Assembly: GCA_903825105.1 (NCBI GenBank)
Contig: CAIJZI010000009.1
Coordinates: 216 to 64,215 of the forward strand
DNA length: 64,000 nucleotides
Source: an uncultured bacterium
GTDB lineage: Bacteria; Patescibacteriota; Minisyncoccia; Phycocordibacterales; Phycocordibacteraceae
Direction: 5' to 3'
Positions 46,902 to 57,027 of the stretch are shown here, in pieces. Below the pieces are notes generated by a model. That model ran no database searches. It was not told the origin of the DNA and saw only the letters and a list, made by a program, of their open reading frames with translations. Numbering within the stretch: the stretch's first letter is position 1; each line of letters opens with the position of its first letter. A program made the position numbers and the translations under genes.

Positions 46902-47654
46902 TTATTGTTGTACCGTACTCGCGCCTGGGAAATAAGGGTTCGTGCCGCTTGGCACAGACGAGGTAGTGTCCCCGCCGGTCGAGAGCGAATTCACCGTCGC
47001 TTGGATCCCTATCGAGATCACCTGCGCGCCGAGGAGAATAAGCCCGCCGATGACGGTCCAGAGCAGAGCTTGACGAGCCTTTGTGATGTCTCCGGGAACA
47101 CCTTGTGCCTTCACGAACATCCACCCGACCCAGATCAACATAAAGACAACAACCATCGCGCCGATCTTCACGACGAATCCAAGAACTTCACTCACGAGTT
47201 TCGGGAGATCTGTTTTTGAACCAAGGGGATTGATGAGGGTGATTTTATCTCCAGACGGAACTGAAGCAGCATCAGTAGATTGATTGCCTTTAGTACCCAC
47301 AGCGTCGCTTGATTGATTGCCGCTCGTATTGGTAGCCCCAGATTTGACACAAACATTTTTGACGCAAGAAAGGCCGTTCGAGCAGGTGTCCTCGCACGCA
47401 TTTCCTTCATAAGCAGCTATACTACAAGCGCCTTTCACACACTGTGCACAACCAGAGATGCTTCCTTTGTTAGCAGAGGTGCACGCTATCCCGCAAGAAG
47501 AATTGTTTACACAAGTAAGGTCGTGGCCATTATACTGACCGGTACAAGGTTTACTCGCCGAACAGGCATCGCCTGGTTTTGAATCCGCAAATGCTATTGG
47601 CAGAAAAGAAAAGAATCCGACGATGATTACTAATGCGATAAAATATTTTTTCAT
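46902..47654 (-). CDS. Pilin with a Cys-rich N-terminal domain
   Basis: Signal peptide, Cys repeats, NPL, AQG.P..ITKARQALLWTVIG. Confidence 0.75.
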   Translation of the reverse strand: MKKYFIALVIIVGFFSFLPIAFADSKPGDACSASKPCTGQYNGHDLTCVNNSSCGIACTSANKGSISGCAQCVKGACSIAAYEGNACEDTCSNGLSCVKNVCVKSGATNTSGNQSSDAVGTKGNQSTDAASVPSGDKITLINPLGSKTDLPKLVSEVLGFVVKIGAMVVVFMLIWVGWMFVKAQGVPGDITKARQALLWTVIGGLILLGAQVISIGIQATVNSLSTGGDTTSSVPSGTNPYFPGASTVQQ

Positions 47655-48949
47655 TGTAAGAGGGCGCGAAGGGCGCTTTCGGCGCTCGAGAGCGCCATGG
47701 TTACCGAATATTTCCCGCTCACCACGCTGTTAATCATACTCGAGAAAACAGAATCAACATTTGTTCCTGATGGAGACAGCCAACCTTTGGTGTAGAGGGC
47801 TTCTGAATATGCCACTGCCAAGATAGGGTCAGAGGGCGTCTTCGCGAGCTGGCCTAGATTCGCGGGAGCGAGACCGGTCAGAGACGCTGAAGGGCCCTGC
47901 GCGTCGCTACTCGCGAAGAGCGTCGCGACTTGATATGCCCCAGAAGGGTTCTTCGCGCCGCGCGAAATCATAAATGAATAAAGTAGCCCATACGCGTTTT
48001 TAGTAGACCCCGTGAGCGGCTGCGGGAGTGGCGAGACCGCGAAGTCGAGATTTGGATTCGCTTTTTTAAAGTACACAGCTTCTGAAGCATATCCGATATA
48101 AAGCGCAAGATCGCCCGACAAAAACGATTGTTGCGAATCGGGGAGTGATGTATTCCAGGTGTAAGAAACCTTCGACGGGTCAGCGAATTGTGTGTAGAAA
48201 TTAAGCACTGCCTGCCCCGGCGGAGTTCCGCTCGAAGAATTCATACCGAGATCTGCGGTCATCAGTCCATTTGAAGCGTACGAAGAAATCGGCACGCCCG
48301 TTTGTAGAAATAACGACGAGACAATCGCGCGCGCGTTGCGCACATTGTCGTAGGCTCCAAGAGCGATAAGTCCGCGCGAGATCTGGCGAGAAGAAGTGAG
48401 AAGAGCGACATTCGGTACGAGGCCGGTTAGCGCTTCCCAAGAAGCGGGTGGTCGCGCGATACCATCTGATGAGAGGATTGCGCGATTCGAGAAGAGAACG
48501 AGTGGGTCAACGAGAAATGGCACACCATAATAACCGTCAGAAGCGGCAAGAAGACTTCCCTCATTCACAAAAGCGCTCGAGAAGGTTGACGCAGGGAGCG
48601 TCGCAGACGGTATTGGGGTAATAAACTTCGCGAGAGAAAATAAGTTTTCCTGCGAATCGAGAATGAGGTCTGGCGAATTCCCGGTCGCTATTGCTGATGC
48701 GAGCTCTGCGGGGAGTGTCGCTGGGTCTTTTTGTACATACGAAACATTCTTCAATTCTTTATTTGACTGCGTGGTAGTGGCGAGAACGGCGTCCATACTA
48801 CTACTCGGCAAGGTTCCCCAGATAACCACCGTCCCTATCGCATTACTGCTCGTACTTTTCCCCGAATAAGTAGCGAATACGAAGAGACCGATAAGTGCAC
48901 AGAGTCCGAACACACCGAGTAAAATACCTTGGAAGAGGGAAATTTTCAT
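47651..48949 (-). CDS. Extracellular solute-binding protein (sugar-type SBP family)
   Basis: TM anchor, IWGT, GVPFLVDPLVLFSN, F.SGDLALY. Confidence 0.78.
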   Translation of the reverse strand: MKISLFQGILLGVFGLCALIGLFVFATYSGKSTSSNAIGTVVIWGTLPSSSMDAVLATTTQSNKELKNVSYVQKDPATLPAELASAIATGNSPDLILDSQENLFSLAKFITPIPSATLPASTFSSAFVNEGSLLAASDGYYGVPFLVDPLVLFSNRAILSSDGIARPPASWEALTGLVPNVALLTSSRQISRGLIALGAYDNVRNARAIVSSLFLQTGVPISSYASNGLMTADLGMNSSSGTPPGQAVLNFYTQFADPSKVSYTWNTSLPDSQQSFLSGDLALYIGYASEAVYFKKANPNLDFAVSPLPQPLTGSTKNAYGLLYSFMISRGAKNPSGAYQVATLFASSDAQGPSASLTGLAPANLGQLAKTPSDPILAVAYSEALYTKGWLSPSGTNVDSVFSSMINSVVSGKYSVTMALSSAESALRALLQ

Positions 48950-48953
48950 AAAA

Positions 48954-49490
48954 TCATGGTGCGTTAAATAATATACCGTAATGATGCGGGCCCGCGCGGA
49001 ATGACTTCACCTTATGAAATCCTCCATTTATAAAGAGCGCTTCTGCTTCGTGCTCGGTCACAACCTTTTTAGCATCAGGGCCCATACCGCTATAGCTCCC
49101 CGCCCAATCGATCATTATGAATTTTCCTTCGGGCTTTAACACGCGGCGAATCTCTGCGAGAAGTCCATAGCGATTCTCGATTTGGAAAAGAGTGTTGGAC
49201 AAGATAACTGCGTCGAGTGAGGCGTCGCGCAGGTGTGTCCCGCCAAGTTTCTCGATGTCACCCCAAACCGTGTCGATGGTGCTCTGATGCTTCGCGTGTG
49301 TATTTAATTTTAAATGTTTCAAGACATCTTCTTGAATATCGATCGCGTAGACCTTCCCCGTGTCGCCGACAATCGCTGCAGCCGCGCGCGCGTAGTGGCC
49401 ACTCCCGGTGCCGAAGTCGCCGACCTTCATCCCCTCGCGTAATCCTAAATGCAAGATGTTTTCTCGCGGCTCGCTAAATGTTCCTGCCAT
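48954..49490 (-). CDS. Class I SAM-dependent methyltransferase
   Basis: VGDFGTGSG, VYAIDI, RVLKPEG. Confidence 0.88.
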   Translation of the reverse strand: MAGTFSEPRENILHLGLREGMKVGDFGTGSGHYARAAAAIVGDTGKVYAIDIQEDVLKHLKLNTHAKHQSTIDTVWGDIEKLGGTHLRDASLDAVILSNTLFQIENRYGLLAEIRRVLKPEGKFIMIDWAGSYSGMGPDAKKVVTEHEAEALFINGGFHKVKSFRAGPHHYGILFNAP

Positions 49491-49494
49491 ATAT

Positions 49495-49724
49495 ATAAAA
49501 ATAGCACGCCAAGAAGGCGTGCGGTGTGCAATCAACAGAAATTAGAGCCGTAGGGAGAGAATGATGGAATGACCAGCAATCTCTCCCTTTTTGCAGTCCT
49601 CGGCGCCAGGACTTACATACGGCACCCGCTTTCGGAAAATTGAGCAATTAGTGCCCAAGCGGTGATGCCCGATATGGGCTGGTACCCATGATGGGCAGAA
49701 TATCACACAACAAAAAATATGCAA
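49495..49724 (-). ncRNA. Promoter plus ~190-nt structured RNA or leader ending in a terminator
   Basis: TTGCAT-N16-TATTCT; several stems; GCACGCC/GGCGTGC then T-rich tract. Confidence 0.5.
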
Positions 49725-49785
49725 CCTTTAAACGAGGTTATAGTAAAAAGGTTTAACCTTACTTTTACTGAGGTTCAACCTTGTT
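49725..49785. repeat. Cluster of AGGTTNAACCT palindromes
   Basis: aaggtttaacctt and gaggttcaacctt. Confidence 0.65.
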
Positions 49786-49807
49786 AAAATTCCTTGTTAA
49801 CATGACT

Positions 49808-49930
49808 AAAAATAAAAACCGCGAGGGGTTGATTCCTCGCGGTGGCTCGTATTTCTCCACATGTCCCGTTCCCTCGCCTTTATCGCGTGAGAAAAGCAGA
49901 AGTCAGCCACTCTCCTGCTCGTTCATTATA
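49808..49930 (-). ncRNA. Putative ~110-nt sRNA
   Basis: TATAAT 49930-25; AGCAGGAG..CTTCTGCT stem; ACCGCGAGG/CCTCGCGGT terminator. Confidence 0.4.
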
Positions 49931-49984
49931 ATAACCACAGATCTGCCTAATGTACAAGATTAAACCTTTTTTAACAGCGGCGGG

Positions 49985-50153
49985 AAATAAAAAATCGCGA
50001 GGAGAGAAGCGGGCCTCGGGGAGGGGCGGGGGCTTCTCTCGCACGCGATCGGGGTCGGCTGTCGTCAATAGAGGGAGAACAGGCAAATGTTTCCTCGGTG
50101 ACGGATATCCAAACCCGTCTGAGTATCATAGCACAACCCCCTAAAAAATGCAA
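49985..50153 (-). ncRNA. Promoter plus ~135-nt sRNA with C-rich loops
   Basis: TTGCAT-N17-TATGAT; 5' hairpin GACGGGT/ATCCGTC; long 3' hairpin then T-tract. Confidence 0.5.
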
Positions 50154-50161
50154 GCCCTAAA

Positions 50162-52630
50162 TTACAAAGCCACCATTGAGGCAATAGAGTCGCCCGGGTA
50201 GAGACGCATCACGCGGACGCCCTGCGTCGCGCGCGAGAGCGAAGGAATTTCTGCCACGCCAGTGCGAATCACCTGCCCTTTTTTAGAAATGACGACGAGC
50301 TCTTCTTCTTCGAGATTGCCCGCAACAATCTTCGCACCGATAATCTCACCCGTCTTCGGCGTCACTGCCGCTGTTTTAATCCCCGAGCCGCCGCGACCCT
50401 GCACTTTGTATTCAGAAATTTTTGTTCTCTTGCCGTATCCCTTACTCATCACGACAAGAAGCGACGCGTCTTTAGCGGCGGCAGAGATCACTTCTGCCGA
50501 GACAACCTTGTCGCCTTTTTTCACGCTCATACCGCGCACGCCGCCAGCGGTGCGACCCATCTCGCGTACATCCTCGGCGTCAAATCGAATCGACTGCCCT
50601 TTTGAAGTGACAATCGAGACGGTGTCGCCTTCTCCGGCGTGATTGGCAGAAACGAGTCGGTCTCCTGATTTCAAATTAATCGCGATGATGCCCGAGCGGC
50701 GCACATCGGAGAATGACTTCGCCGCAACACGCTTCACTACACCCTCTTCAGTAACAAATACGATTGACGAAGCGTCGAGGGCAGCACCCTTCGGCACCGG
50801 CAATATCGAAGTCACCTTTTCATCACCCGCGAGCGCGAGGAAGTTCATAATGCTCTTCCCCTTCGTCGCGCGCTTGCCTTCTGGGATTTCATACATCTTC
50901 AGTTGATATGCTTTGCCGAAGTCGGTGAAGAAGAGGAGGTCACTGTGTGCATTCGTCACGAGGAAATTTGTCACAATGTCTTCTTCTTTTGTCGCGATAT
51001 CAACAACGCCGACGCCGCCGCGCTTCTGCTTTTTATATTCAGTCGGATTTGTTCTCTTCACATACCCGCCTTGGGTCAAAACGAGCATCGACTCTTCGTC
51101 CGGTACCATATCTTCAACAGAAATATTCTGCACGCCGCCTCTCACGATACGCGTGCGACGATCATCGCCATACTTCTCTGCCAATTCTTCTAATTCCCTT
51201 TTCACAACAGCGAGAATCTTCTTCGGCGAGGAGAGAATATCTTTCAACTTCGCGATAATAGCCTGCACTTCAGCGAGTTCATCCTCAAGTTTCTTTCTTT
51301 CAAGCCCCGCGAGTTTCGAGAGGCGCATCTCGAGAATCGCCGTCGCTTGGAGAATTGAAAAGCCAAATTTCTTTTGAAGCGCAAGTGATGCAGAAGGAAT
51401 ATCCACCGCCTTTTTAATAATCGCGATAACTTCGTCGATGTGATCAAGCGCTTTACAGAGCCCGAAGAGAATGTGCTCACGCGCTTCTGCTTGGCGGAGA
51501 TCAAACTCCGTTCGACGCTTCACCACCTCCTGACGATGCGAAACAAAGTGCCCGAGCATCCCGACAAGCGAGAGCATTTCTGGCACACCATCGACGAGGG
51601 CGAGCATATTGTAGTGGAAGGTGCTCTCGAGCTCGGTGTGTTTATAGAGTGCATTCAAAACAGCCTGAGGATGTGCCGAACCTTTAAGCTCAACCACGAC
51701 ACGGATATCGGTCGTCGACTCATCGCGCAAGTCGCGAATGCCTTCGAGCTTTTTTTCTTGTACTAAATCGGCAATGCGAGAAATAAGTTCGCTCTTATTC
51801 ACACGATACGGAATCGAGGTGATAATAATGCTCGAATCTTTTTTCCCATCATCAACAATCTCGGCTTCGCCGCGCACCACGACCGGCCCTTTGCCCGAGC
51901 TGTACGCGTGTTTAATATCTGCCTGATTAAAGGCGACACCACCAAGTGGGAAATCTGGGCCTTTCACAAATTGGAGAAGGTCGTCGGTCGTCGCGTCAGG
52001 ATTTTCGATAAGATGCACAGCGGCGGTAACCACTTCGCGCAAGTTGTGTGGCGGGATATTCGTCGCCATACCGACCGCGATGCCGAGCGTTCCGTTTAAA
52101 AGAAGGTTCGGGAGAGCTGACGGAAGAACATGTGGCTCTTCGCGCGTCGCGTCATAGTTCGGATTCCATTTCACCGTCTCTTTTTCAAGATCATTTAACA
52201 GTGATTCGCCGATACGCGACATCTTCGCTTCGGTATAACGCATCGCGGCTGGAGAATCGCCGTCGATCGAACCGAAGTTACCTTGACCGATTACGAGCGG
52301 ATAGCGATAGGAGAACTCCTGCGCCATCTTCGCCATCGAGTCGTACACCGCGGTATCGCCGTGCGGATGATATTTACCGAGCACTTCGCCGACGACCGTT
52401 GCCGACTTTCGGAACTTCCCTCCCGGCACAAGCCCCATATCCTTCATCGCGTAGAGAATTCTGCGATGTACCGGCTTCAACCCGTCGCGCACATCAGGCA
52501 AAGCGCGTGCAGTAATAACGGTCATCGCGTAGTCGATATACGACTTCCGCATCTCAGCGACAATCGGCTGATTAATCACATTCGCCGCTATCGCAGTCAC
52601 TACTTCAGGATTTTTATCTTTCGAAGCCAT
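50162..52630 (-). CDS. gyrA: DNA gyrase subunit A
   Basis: YHPHGD, AAMRYTE, GyrA box QKRGGVG. Confidence 0.97.
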   Translation of the reverse strand: MASKDKNPEVVTAIAANVINQPIVAEMRKSYIDYAMTVITARALPDVRDGLKPVHRRILYAMKDMGLVPGGKFRKSATVVGEVLGKYHPHGDTAVYDSMAKMAQEFSYRYPLVIGQGNFGSIDGDSPAAMRYTEAKMSRIGESLLNDLEKETVKWNPNYDATREEPHVLPSALPNLLLNGTLGIAVGMATNIPPHNLREVVTAAVHLIENPDATTDDLLQFVKGPDFPLGGVAFNQADIKHAYSSGKGPVVVRGEAEIVDDGKKDSSIIITSIPYRVNKSELISRIADLVQEKKLEGIRDLRDESTTDIRVVVELKGSAHPQAVLNALYKHTELESTFHYNMLALVDGVPEMLSLVGMLGHFVSHRQEVVKRRTEFDLRQAEAREHILFGLCKALDHIDEVIAIIKKAVDIPSASLALQKKFGFSILQATAILEMRLSKLAGLERKKLEDELAEVQAIIAKLKDILSSPKKILAVVKRELEELAEKYGDDRRTRIVRGGVQNISVEDMVPDEESMLVLTQGGYVKRTNPTEYKKQKRGGVGVVDIATKEEDIVTNFLVTNAHSDLLFFTDFGKAYQLKMYEIPEGKRATKGKSIMNFLALAGDEKVTSILPVPKGAALDASSIVFVTEEGVVKRVAAKSFSDVRRSGIIAINLKSGDRLVSANHAGEGDTVSIVTSKGQSIRFDAEDVREMGRTAGGVRGMSVKKGDKVVSAEVISAAAKDASLLVVMSKGYGKRTKISEYKVQGRGGSGIKTAAVTPKTGEIIGAKIVAGNLEEEELVVISKKGQVIRTGVAEIPSLSRATQGVRVMRLYPGDSIASMVAL

Positions 52631-52645
52631 ATCAAATTATCAAAA

Positions 52646-52990
52646 CTAAAACGGAATGACGGTTGGCTCCGCCTTTTTCTTTGTGCTTGTTGCTGGCGAT
52701 GAGTCGATTATCTCGATATGTGCAGGAGCATTTTTATCTGATTCAAGCGCCGCTCCTGCTCCAGCAATACCGGTATTTGATGCTCCACCCGTCACAACTG
52801 AAGACTCTGCTCCGGTACTCTCAGCAAAGTTACTCCCCTGAATAGCGAAAGTCCCCGATGAAAGTGTCCCCGCAAACCAAATTAGAGCAACAACAGCGGT
52901 GAGACATCCGGCAGTCGCGAAGACAATTTTTTTACGGATATGATGCGGCTTTCCTTTTATATATTCGATATGATCAAAAATAGTTTTCAT
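52646..52990 (-). CDS. Hypothetical single-pass membrane protein
   Basis: KPHHIRKK followed by one TM. Confidence 0.6.
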   Translation of the reverse strand: MKTIFDHIEYIKGKPHHIRKKIVFATAGCLTAVVALIWFAGTLSSGTFAIQGSNFAESTGAESSVVTGGASNTGIAGAGAALESDKNAPAHIEIIDSSPATSTKKKAEPTVIPF

Positions 52991-52991
52991 A

Positions 52992-53627
52992 TTATTTACC
53001 AGCGGGCGTTATCACTAGTATACTCCCGTCGCGACCAATAAGATCCTTTTTCTTCAGAGTAAGTTTATCAACACTCTCGCTCCCATTGCCCGATTCTTTT
53101 AAGAAAAGCCCGAGCGACTTGTCGTCATAATGCATCGGGACAATAATCTTCGGCTCGAGCGAGACCGCGAGCTCGTGCGCTTTAGCTGGAGAGAGAACAC
53201 CGTCGCCACCAATCGGCACAAAGAGCACATCGATCTCTCCGATATTTTCTCTCGCGTCTTTTGAAAGTTCGGTATCAGAAAGTGCACCGAGATGCACAAG
53301 AATCATATCTTCTAATTGAACGGAGTAGATAGTATTAACTGCTTCTTCTTCACCTTTAACACCGTATTTACTCTTCGACAAAAATCCTTGAATCACGACG
53401 CCTTGTCGCTCGTATTCTCCCGGGCCCGTTATCGCGAATGGCTCCTTATCGCCATAAGTCACTTCTTCGACGCCGTTCATATCAGCGTGATCGCGCGAGA
53501 CGAGCGCGACATCAGCGCCGAAGCGTACAGCCGGTAGTGACGAGCCTTTTGAAATAGGGTCGAAGACGAGCGTGAGGTCGCCGAAAGTGACTTTAAAACA
53601 TTGCCCGCCGTGGTGAGTGATAACCAT
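52992..53627 (-). CDS. MBL-fold metallo-hydrolase (degenerate metal motif)
   Basis: ITGPGEYE, LVHLG, DVLFVPIGG, IVPMHY. Confidence 0.8.
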   Translation of the reverse strand: MVITHHGGQCFKVTFGDLTLVFDPISKGSSLPAVRFGADVALVSRDHADMNGVEEVTYGDKEPFAITGPGEYERQGVVIQGFLSKSKYGVKGEEEAVNTIYSVQLEDMILVHLGALSDTELSKDARENIGEIDVLFVPIGGDGVLSPAKAHELAVSLEPKIIVPMHYDDKSLGLFLKESGNGSESVDKLTLKKKDLIGRDGSILVITPAGK

Positions 53628-53685
53628 ATTAAGTACTTATATTCTATCATAAAATCTGTCGCGGCGATAGCTGTTTATGAGCCAC

Positions 53686-53895
53686 TTGACAATAAAATAG
53701 GGCTGTGATAACTTACCAATAAGCCTGTTGTTTGGGCAAATTCAAACCGTCAGGAGAACATTTGAAAAAAATGAAATTTTCGGATAATTTGAACTAACCC
53801 GGCGGCGGCCAGCTCGAGGTGTTGCGACATTTCGAGCCCTGGTGCAAAGAAGCCGTTCGTCACCCATCAGCGGGTACGAGCGGCTTTTTCTTTTT
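53686..53895 (+). ncRNA. Promoter plus ~175-nt structured RNA (paralog 1)
   Basis: TTGACA-N17-TAACTT; G-U-rich stem; 11-bp hairpin; terminator. Confidence 0.55.
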
Positions 53896-53978
53896 CGCCC
53901 ATTTCATTTCGTGCCTTGATTTTATGGCTTATTTGCTTGATTTTTTGTACTTCACCACGCGCCATTTTGTAAAAGTGC

Positions 53979-54445
53979 TTGACAAATAAAATCGAGTGTG
54001 ATAGGTTTAAGTCAGATCAGCCTGTACATTTCCAACAAAGGTTGGCCCACCCTCGGCAACTTCGCCGGCGGCTAGCCCTTCGGCCTGGGCGTTGCGCGTC
54101 GGGCCCGGCGCGAGCGGCTGACCACTTTTTTGGTTAGCATCGCTCGCCGCCAATGGCCACGCGCACGAAGGGCGATTGCATCAAGTGATGCAGTCGCCCT
54201 GTATGGGGGACGGCAGCGAGCAACTCCGTGAGTTGCCGTCGCGCGGGACCTTCCCACCGTTCCCCAGTCAACGGGCGGGCGCGCTCTAGGCGCGCCCGGC
54301 CCAATCGGCCCACCTCCGAGTCAGGCGACTCGGCGCACCTCCTCAGTGGCATGGTGCCACAGGAGCTCTTAGATCTTTTTCAAAAAAAGGCCGCTTGCCT
54401 TCTCTACCCGTCAGCGGGTACTGAGGACAAGCGGCTTTTCTATTT
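53979..54445 (+). ncRNA. Promoter plus ~430-nt GC-rich, highly structured RNA (paralog 2)
   Basis: TTGACA-N17-TAGGTT; about ten stems; terminator; no credible ORF. Confidence 0.65.
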
Positions 54446-54570
54446 CCCTTCTCATTTTTTATACCCTGTGATAGAATGCCCGAGTTGCGTGAGGAGAAGT
54501 ATAGATCAGCTAACCCTCGATGCCGAAAGGCATGAGTACTGATTTTGAAAATCTGCACGACTTTTAAAGT

Positions 54571-55641
54571 ATGAATGAAGAGAACCCGATGTTTTCTCTG
54601 CTTGAAACAATCCCGACACCGCCCGGAGCTGGCGACATTGTTGAAGGGACGATTATCGCCATCGAGAGAGGGCGTGTTTATATTGACCTCCCGCCATTTG
54701 GTACAGGGATTATTTATGGTCGCGAATACCTCAACGCCGCTGATGTATTGCGCAAGGCGAATAAAGGCGACATTATAAGTGCGAAGGTTGTCGACCCAGC
54801 TGGTCGCGATGGCTATATCGAACTCTCGCTTAAAGAAGCTCGACAAGCAGCGATCTGGGGCGAAGCCGAAGCGGCCATTCTCTCGGGAACGCCGTATTCA
54901 CTCAATGTTGAAGATGCGAACAAAGGCGGACTCATCCTCTCGTGGCAGGGTATCCCTGGCTTCTTGCCAGCGTCACAACTCTCGAAGGAGCATTATCCGC
55001 GCGTACCAGAGGGAGACAAAGATCGCATTCTTGGAGAACTGATGGCATTTGTCGGACACCCGATTTCTGTCCGCATCATTACTGCTGATGCAAAGGAAGG
55101 AAAATTAATTTTCTCTGAACGAACCGGCAATGAGGCTGAAGAGAAGGCGTCGCTTATCGATAAGTATCAGGTGGGTGATGTCGCAGAAGGCGAAGTGACG
55201 GGCATCGTCGACTTCGGTGTCTTCGTGAAGATTGAACAAGGGCTCGAAGGATTGGTGCATATCAGCGAGCTCGATTGGGGCCTCGTCGAAGATCCTCACA
55301 CACTCTTTAATGTTGGTGACCGTGTGAAAGTAAAGATTATCGAGATCAAAGATGGGAAGGTCTCCCTCTCGATTAAAGCGTTGAAAGAAAATCCTTGGCA
55401 CTCTGCCTCTGCGCGCTACACCAAGGGAATGGAAGTGCCGGGCGTTGTGATCAAATATAACAAGCACGGTGCGCTCGCTTCGATCGAAGAAGGCGTCGCG
55501 GGGCTTGTGCATGTGAGCGACTTCGCTTCGCCTCTCGAACTACGCGAGAAGCTCGAACTTGGGAAGACCTATCCGTTTACCATTTCTCTCTTTGAACCAA
55601 AGGACCAGCGAATGACGCTCGTCTTGGTTGGGAAGAAATAA
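54571..55641 (+). CDS. rpsA: Ribosomal protein S1 (four S1 domains)
   Basis: GFLPASQL, DFGVFV, EGLVHISE. Confidence 0.92.
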   Translation: MNEENPMFSLLETIPTPPGAGDIVEGTIIAIERGRVYIDLPPFGTGIIYGREYLNAADVLRKANKGDIISAKVVDPAGRDGYIELSLKEARQAAIWGEAEAAILSGTPYSLNVEDANKGGLILSWQGIPGFLPASQLSKEHYPRVPEGDKDRILGELMAFVGHPISVRIITADAKEGKLIFSERTGNEAEEKASLIDKYQVGDVAEGEVTGIVDFGVFVKIEQGLEGLVHISELDWGLVEDPHTLFNVGDRVKVKIIEIKDGKVSLSIKALKENPWHSASARYTKGMEVPGVVIKYNKHGALASIEEGVAGLVHVSDFASPLELREKLELGKTYPFTISLFEPKDQRMTLVLVGKK

Positions 55642-55745
55642 TCGGTAGAAATTCAAAAAACAAAACACCAAAAACACGCGGCGCCAAGGGCGCCGCGTGT
55701 TTTGTTTTTTAGAATTCACCAATCCCCGGTTTCCATAAAAATAAA

Positions 55746-56342
55746 TTAGCGGGTGTTGGCGAACTGGGTCGCGACTTCGATTCCTTCAGCCGCGTAGAGG
55801 CGTACTGCCTCTGCAGCTTTTTTCAAAACTTTTTTTACCGCAATTTCTTCTGCTGGCTTCCACTTCCCTATGACTTGTTTAATTACTTTTTCTTCTCCAA
55901 CCACTTTCTTCGCTCTGTTTTTCTTACCAAGCGCGCTAATGCCGATGCGCAGTCGCGCGAAATCTTGTGTCTTCACGGCACGCATCACGCTCTCGACGCC
56001 TTTGTGTCCGCCGCTCCCGCGCGCGAAGACCATTTTCATCGTGCCGAGCGGCAGGTCGAGGTCGTCGTGAATCACGAGCAAGTTTTTTGCCGCTTTTACT
56101 GATTTTACGAGTTGGCAAACAGCCTTGCCAGAATTATTCATCATCGTTTCTGGCAAGACGAGTGTGACACCCTCCTTCCCTATCTCGCCTTTAGTGATAA
56201 GGGCATTTACTTTTTTATTAAAAATAAAATCTTCGAATTTTTCATTCTTTGCGACAAGCTCGACAGCATTTCTGCCAGCATTGTGACGCGTCTTTTCATA
56301 CTCCTTTCCCGGATTCCCGAGCCCAACAATTATGGTGGTCAT
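55746..56342 (-). CDS. pth: Peptidyl-tRNA hydrolase
   Basis: IVGLGNPG..YEKTRHNAG, HDDLDL, GGHKG. Confidence 0.95.
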   Translation of the reverse strand: MTTIIVGLGNPGKEYEKTRHNAGRNAVELVAKNEKFEDFIFNKKVNALITKGEIGKEGVTLVLPETMMNNSGKAVCQLVKSVKAAKNLLVIHDDLDLPLGTMKMVFARGSGGHKGVESVMRAVKTQDFARLRIGISALGKKNRAKKVVGEEKVIKQVIGKWKPAEEIAVKKVLKKAAEAVRLYAAEGIEVATQFANTR

Positions 56343-56445
56343 ATACAAATAATATCACAACCGCATACCGCTCGAAGACTCGCGGTACCTTCGGCGATTA
56401 CGCCTACGGCTTGCATCGAAAAAAATAGGCGCGTACAATACTGTT

Positions 56446-57027
56446 ATGAATGAAACTTGGAAAGGTCTTCTGAAGGATCTTTTCACTCTTGCGCTCCTCA
56501 TTGTTGTTGTCGTTATTCCTATTCGCATCTTTGTCATCTCGCCGTTCATTGTTGATGGCGAATCGATGCATCCGACCTTCGAAAATCTCGATTATCTCGT
56601 TGTTGACGAGATTGTTTACGACTTCCACGCCCCAGCGCGTGGCGATGTTATCGTATTCCGCTATCCAAACGATCCTTCACTCTTTTATATCAAGCGTATT
56701 ATCGGTCTCCCGGGCGAAACAGTCTCTATAAATAAAGGAGTGGTCACCATTACGACGGTGGGTGGAAATAAAATAACCCTTTCAGAGCCATACACAGTAA
56801 ATGAAGATGCGACCTATACAAAAAATGTGACATTGAGCGCGAACGATTATTTCGTTATGGGTGACAATCGCCCAAACAGTTCTGATAGTCGCGTGTGGGG
56901 ACCATTACCAAAGAGCGATATTGTCGGTCGTGTTGACCTACGCCTATTGCCAGCCAGCGAAATGGGATTCTTCCCTGGCGGAGCCTCTTATTCGAAAAAA
57001 ACTTCTTCAACAACAGTAAATATATGA
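56446..57027 (+). CDS. lepB: Signal peptidase I
   Basis: GESMHPT, YIKRIIG, GDNRPNSSDSR. Confidence 0.95.
   Translation: MNETWKGLLKDLFTLALLIVVVVIPIRIFVISPFIVDGESMHPTFENLDYLVVDEIVYDFHAPARGDVIVFRYPNDPSLFYIKRIIGLPGETVSINKGVVTITTVGGNKITLSEPYTVNEDATYTKNVTLSANDYFVMGDNRPNSSDSRVWGPLPKSDIVGRVDLRLLPASEMGFFPGGASYSKKTSSTTVNI

Noticed and set aside
53979-54445. RNase P RNA or tmRNA
   Set aside because: Minus-strand GGGAAGGTCC has no matching P4 partner, and no T-loop or Ala acceptor was seen; a very divergent form cannot be excluded without cmscan
54072-54542. Arg-rich ORFs in the GC-rich region
   Set aside because: By-products of GC-rich hairpins, without start signals or protein motifs
54532-54567. 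11-codon uORF in frame with rpsA
   Set aside because: Could be chance within the rpsA leader; no independent support
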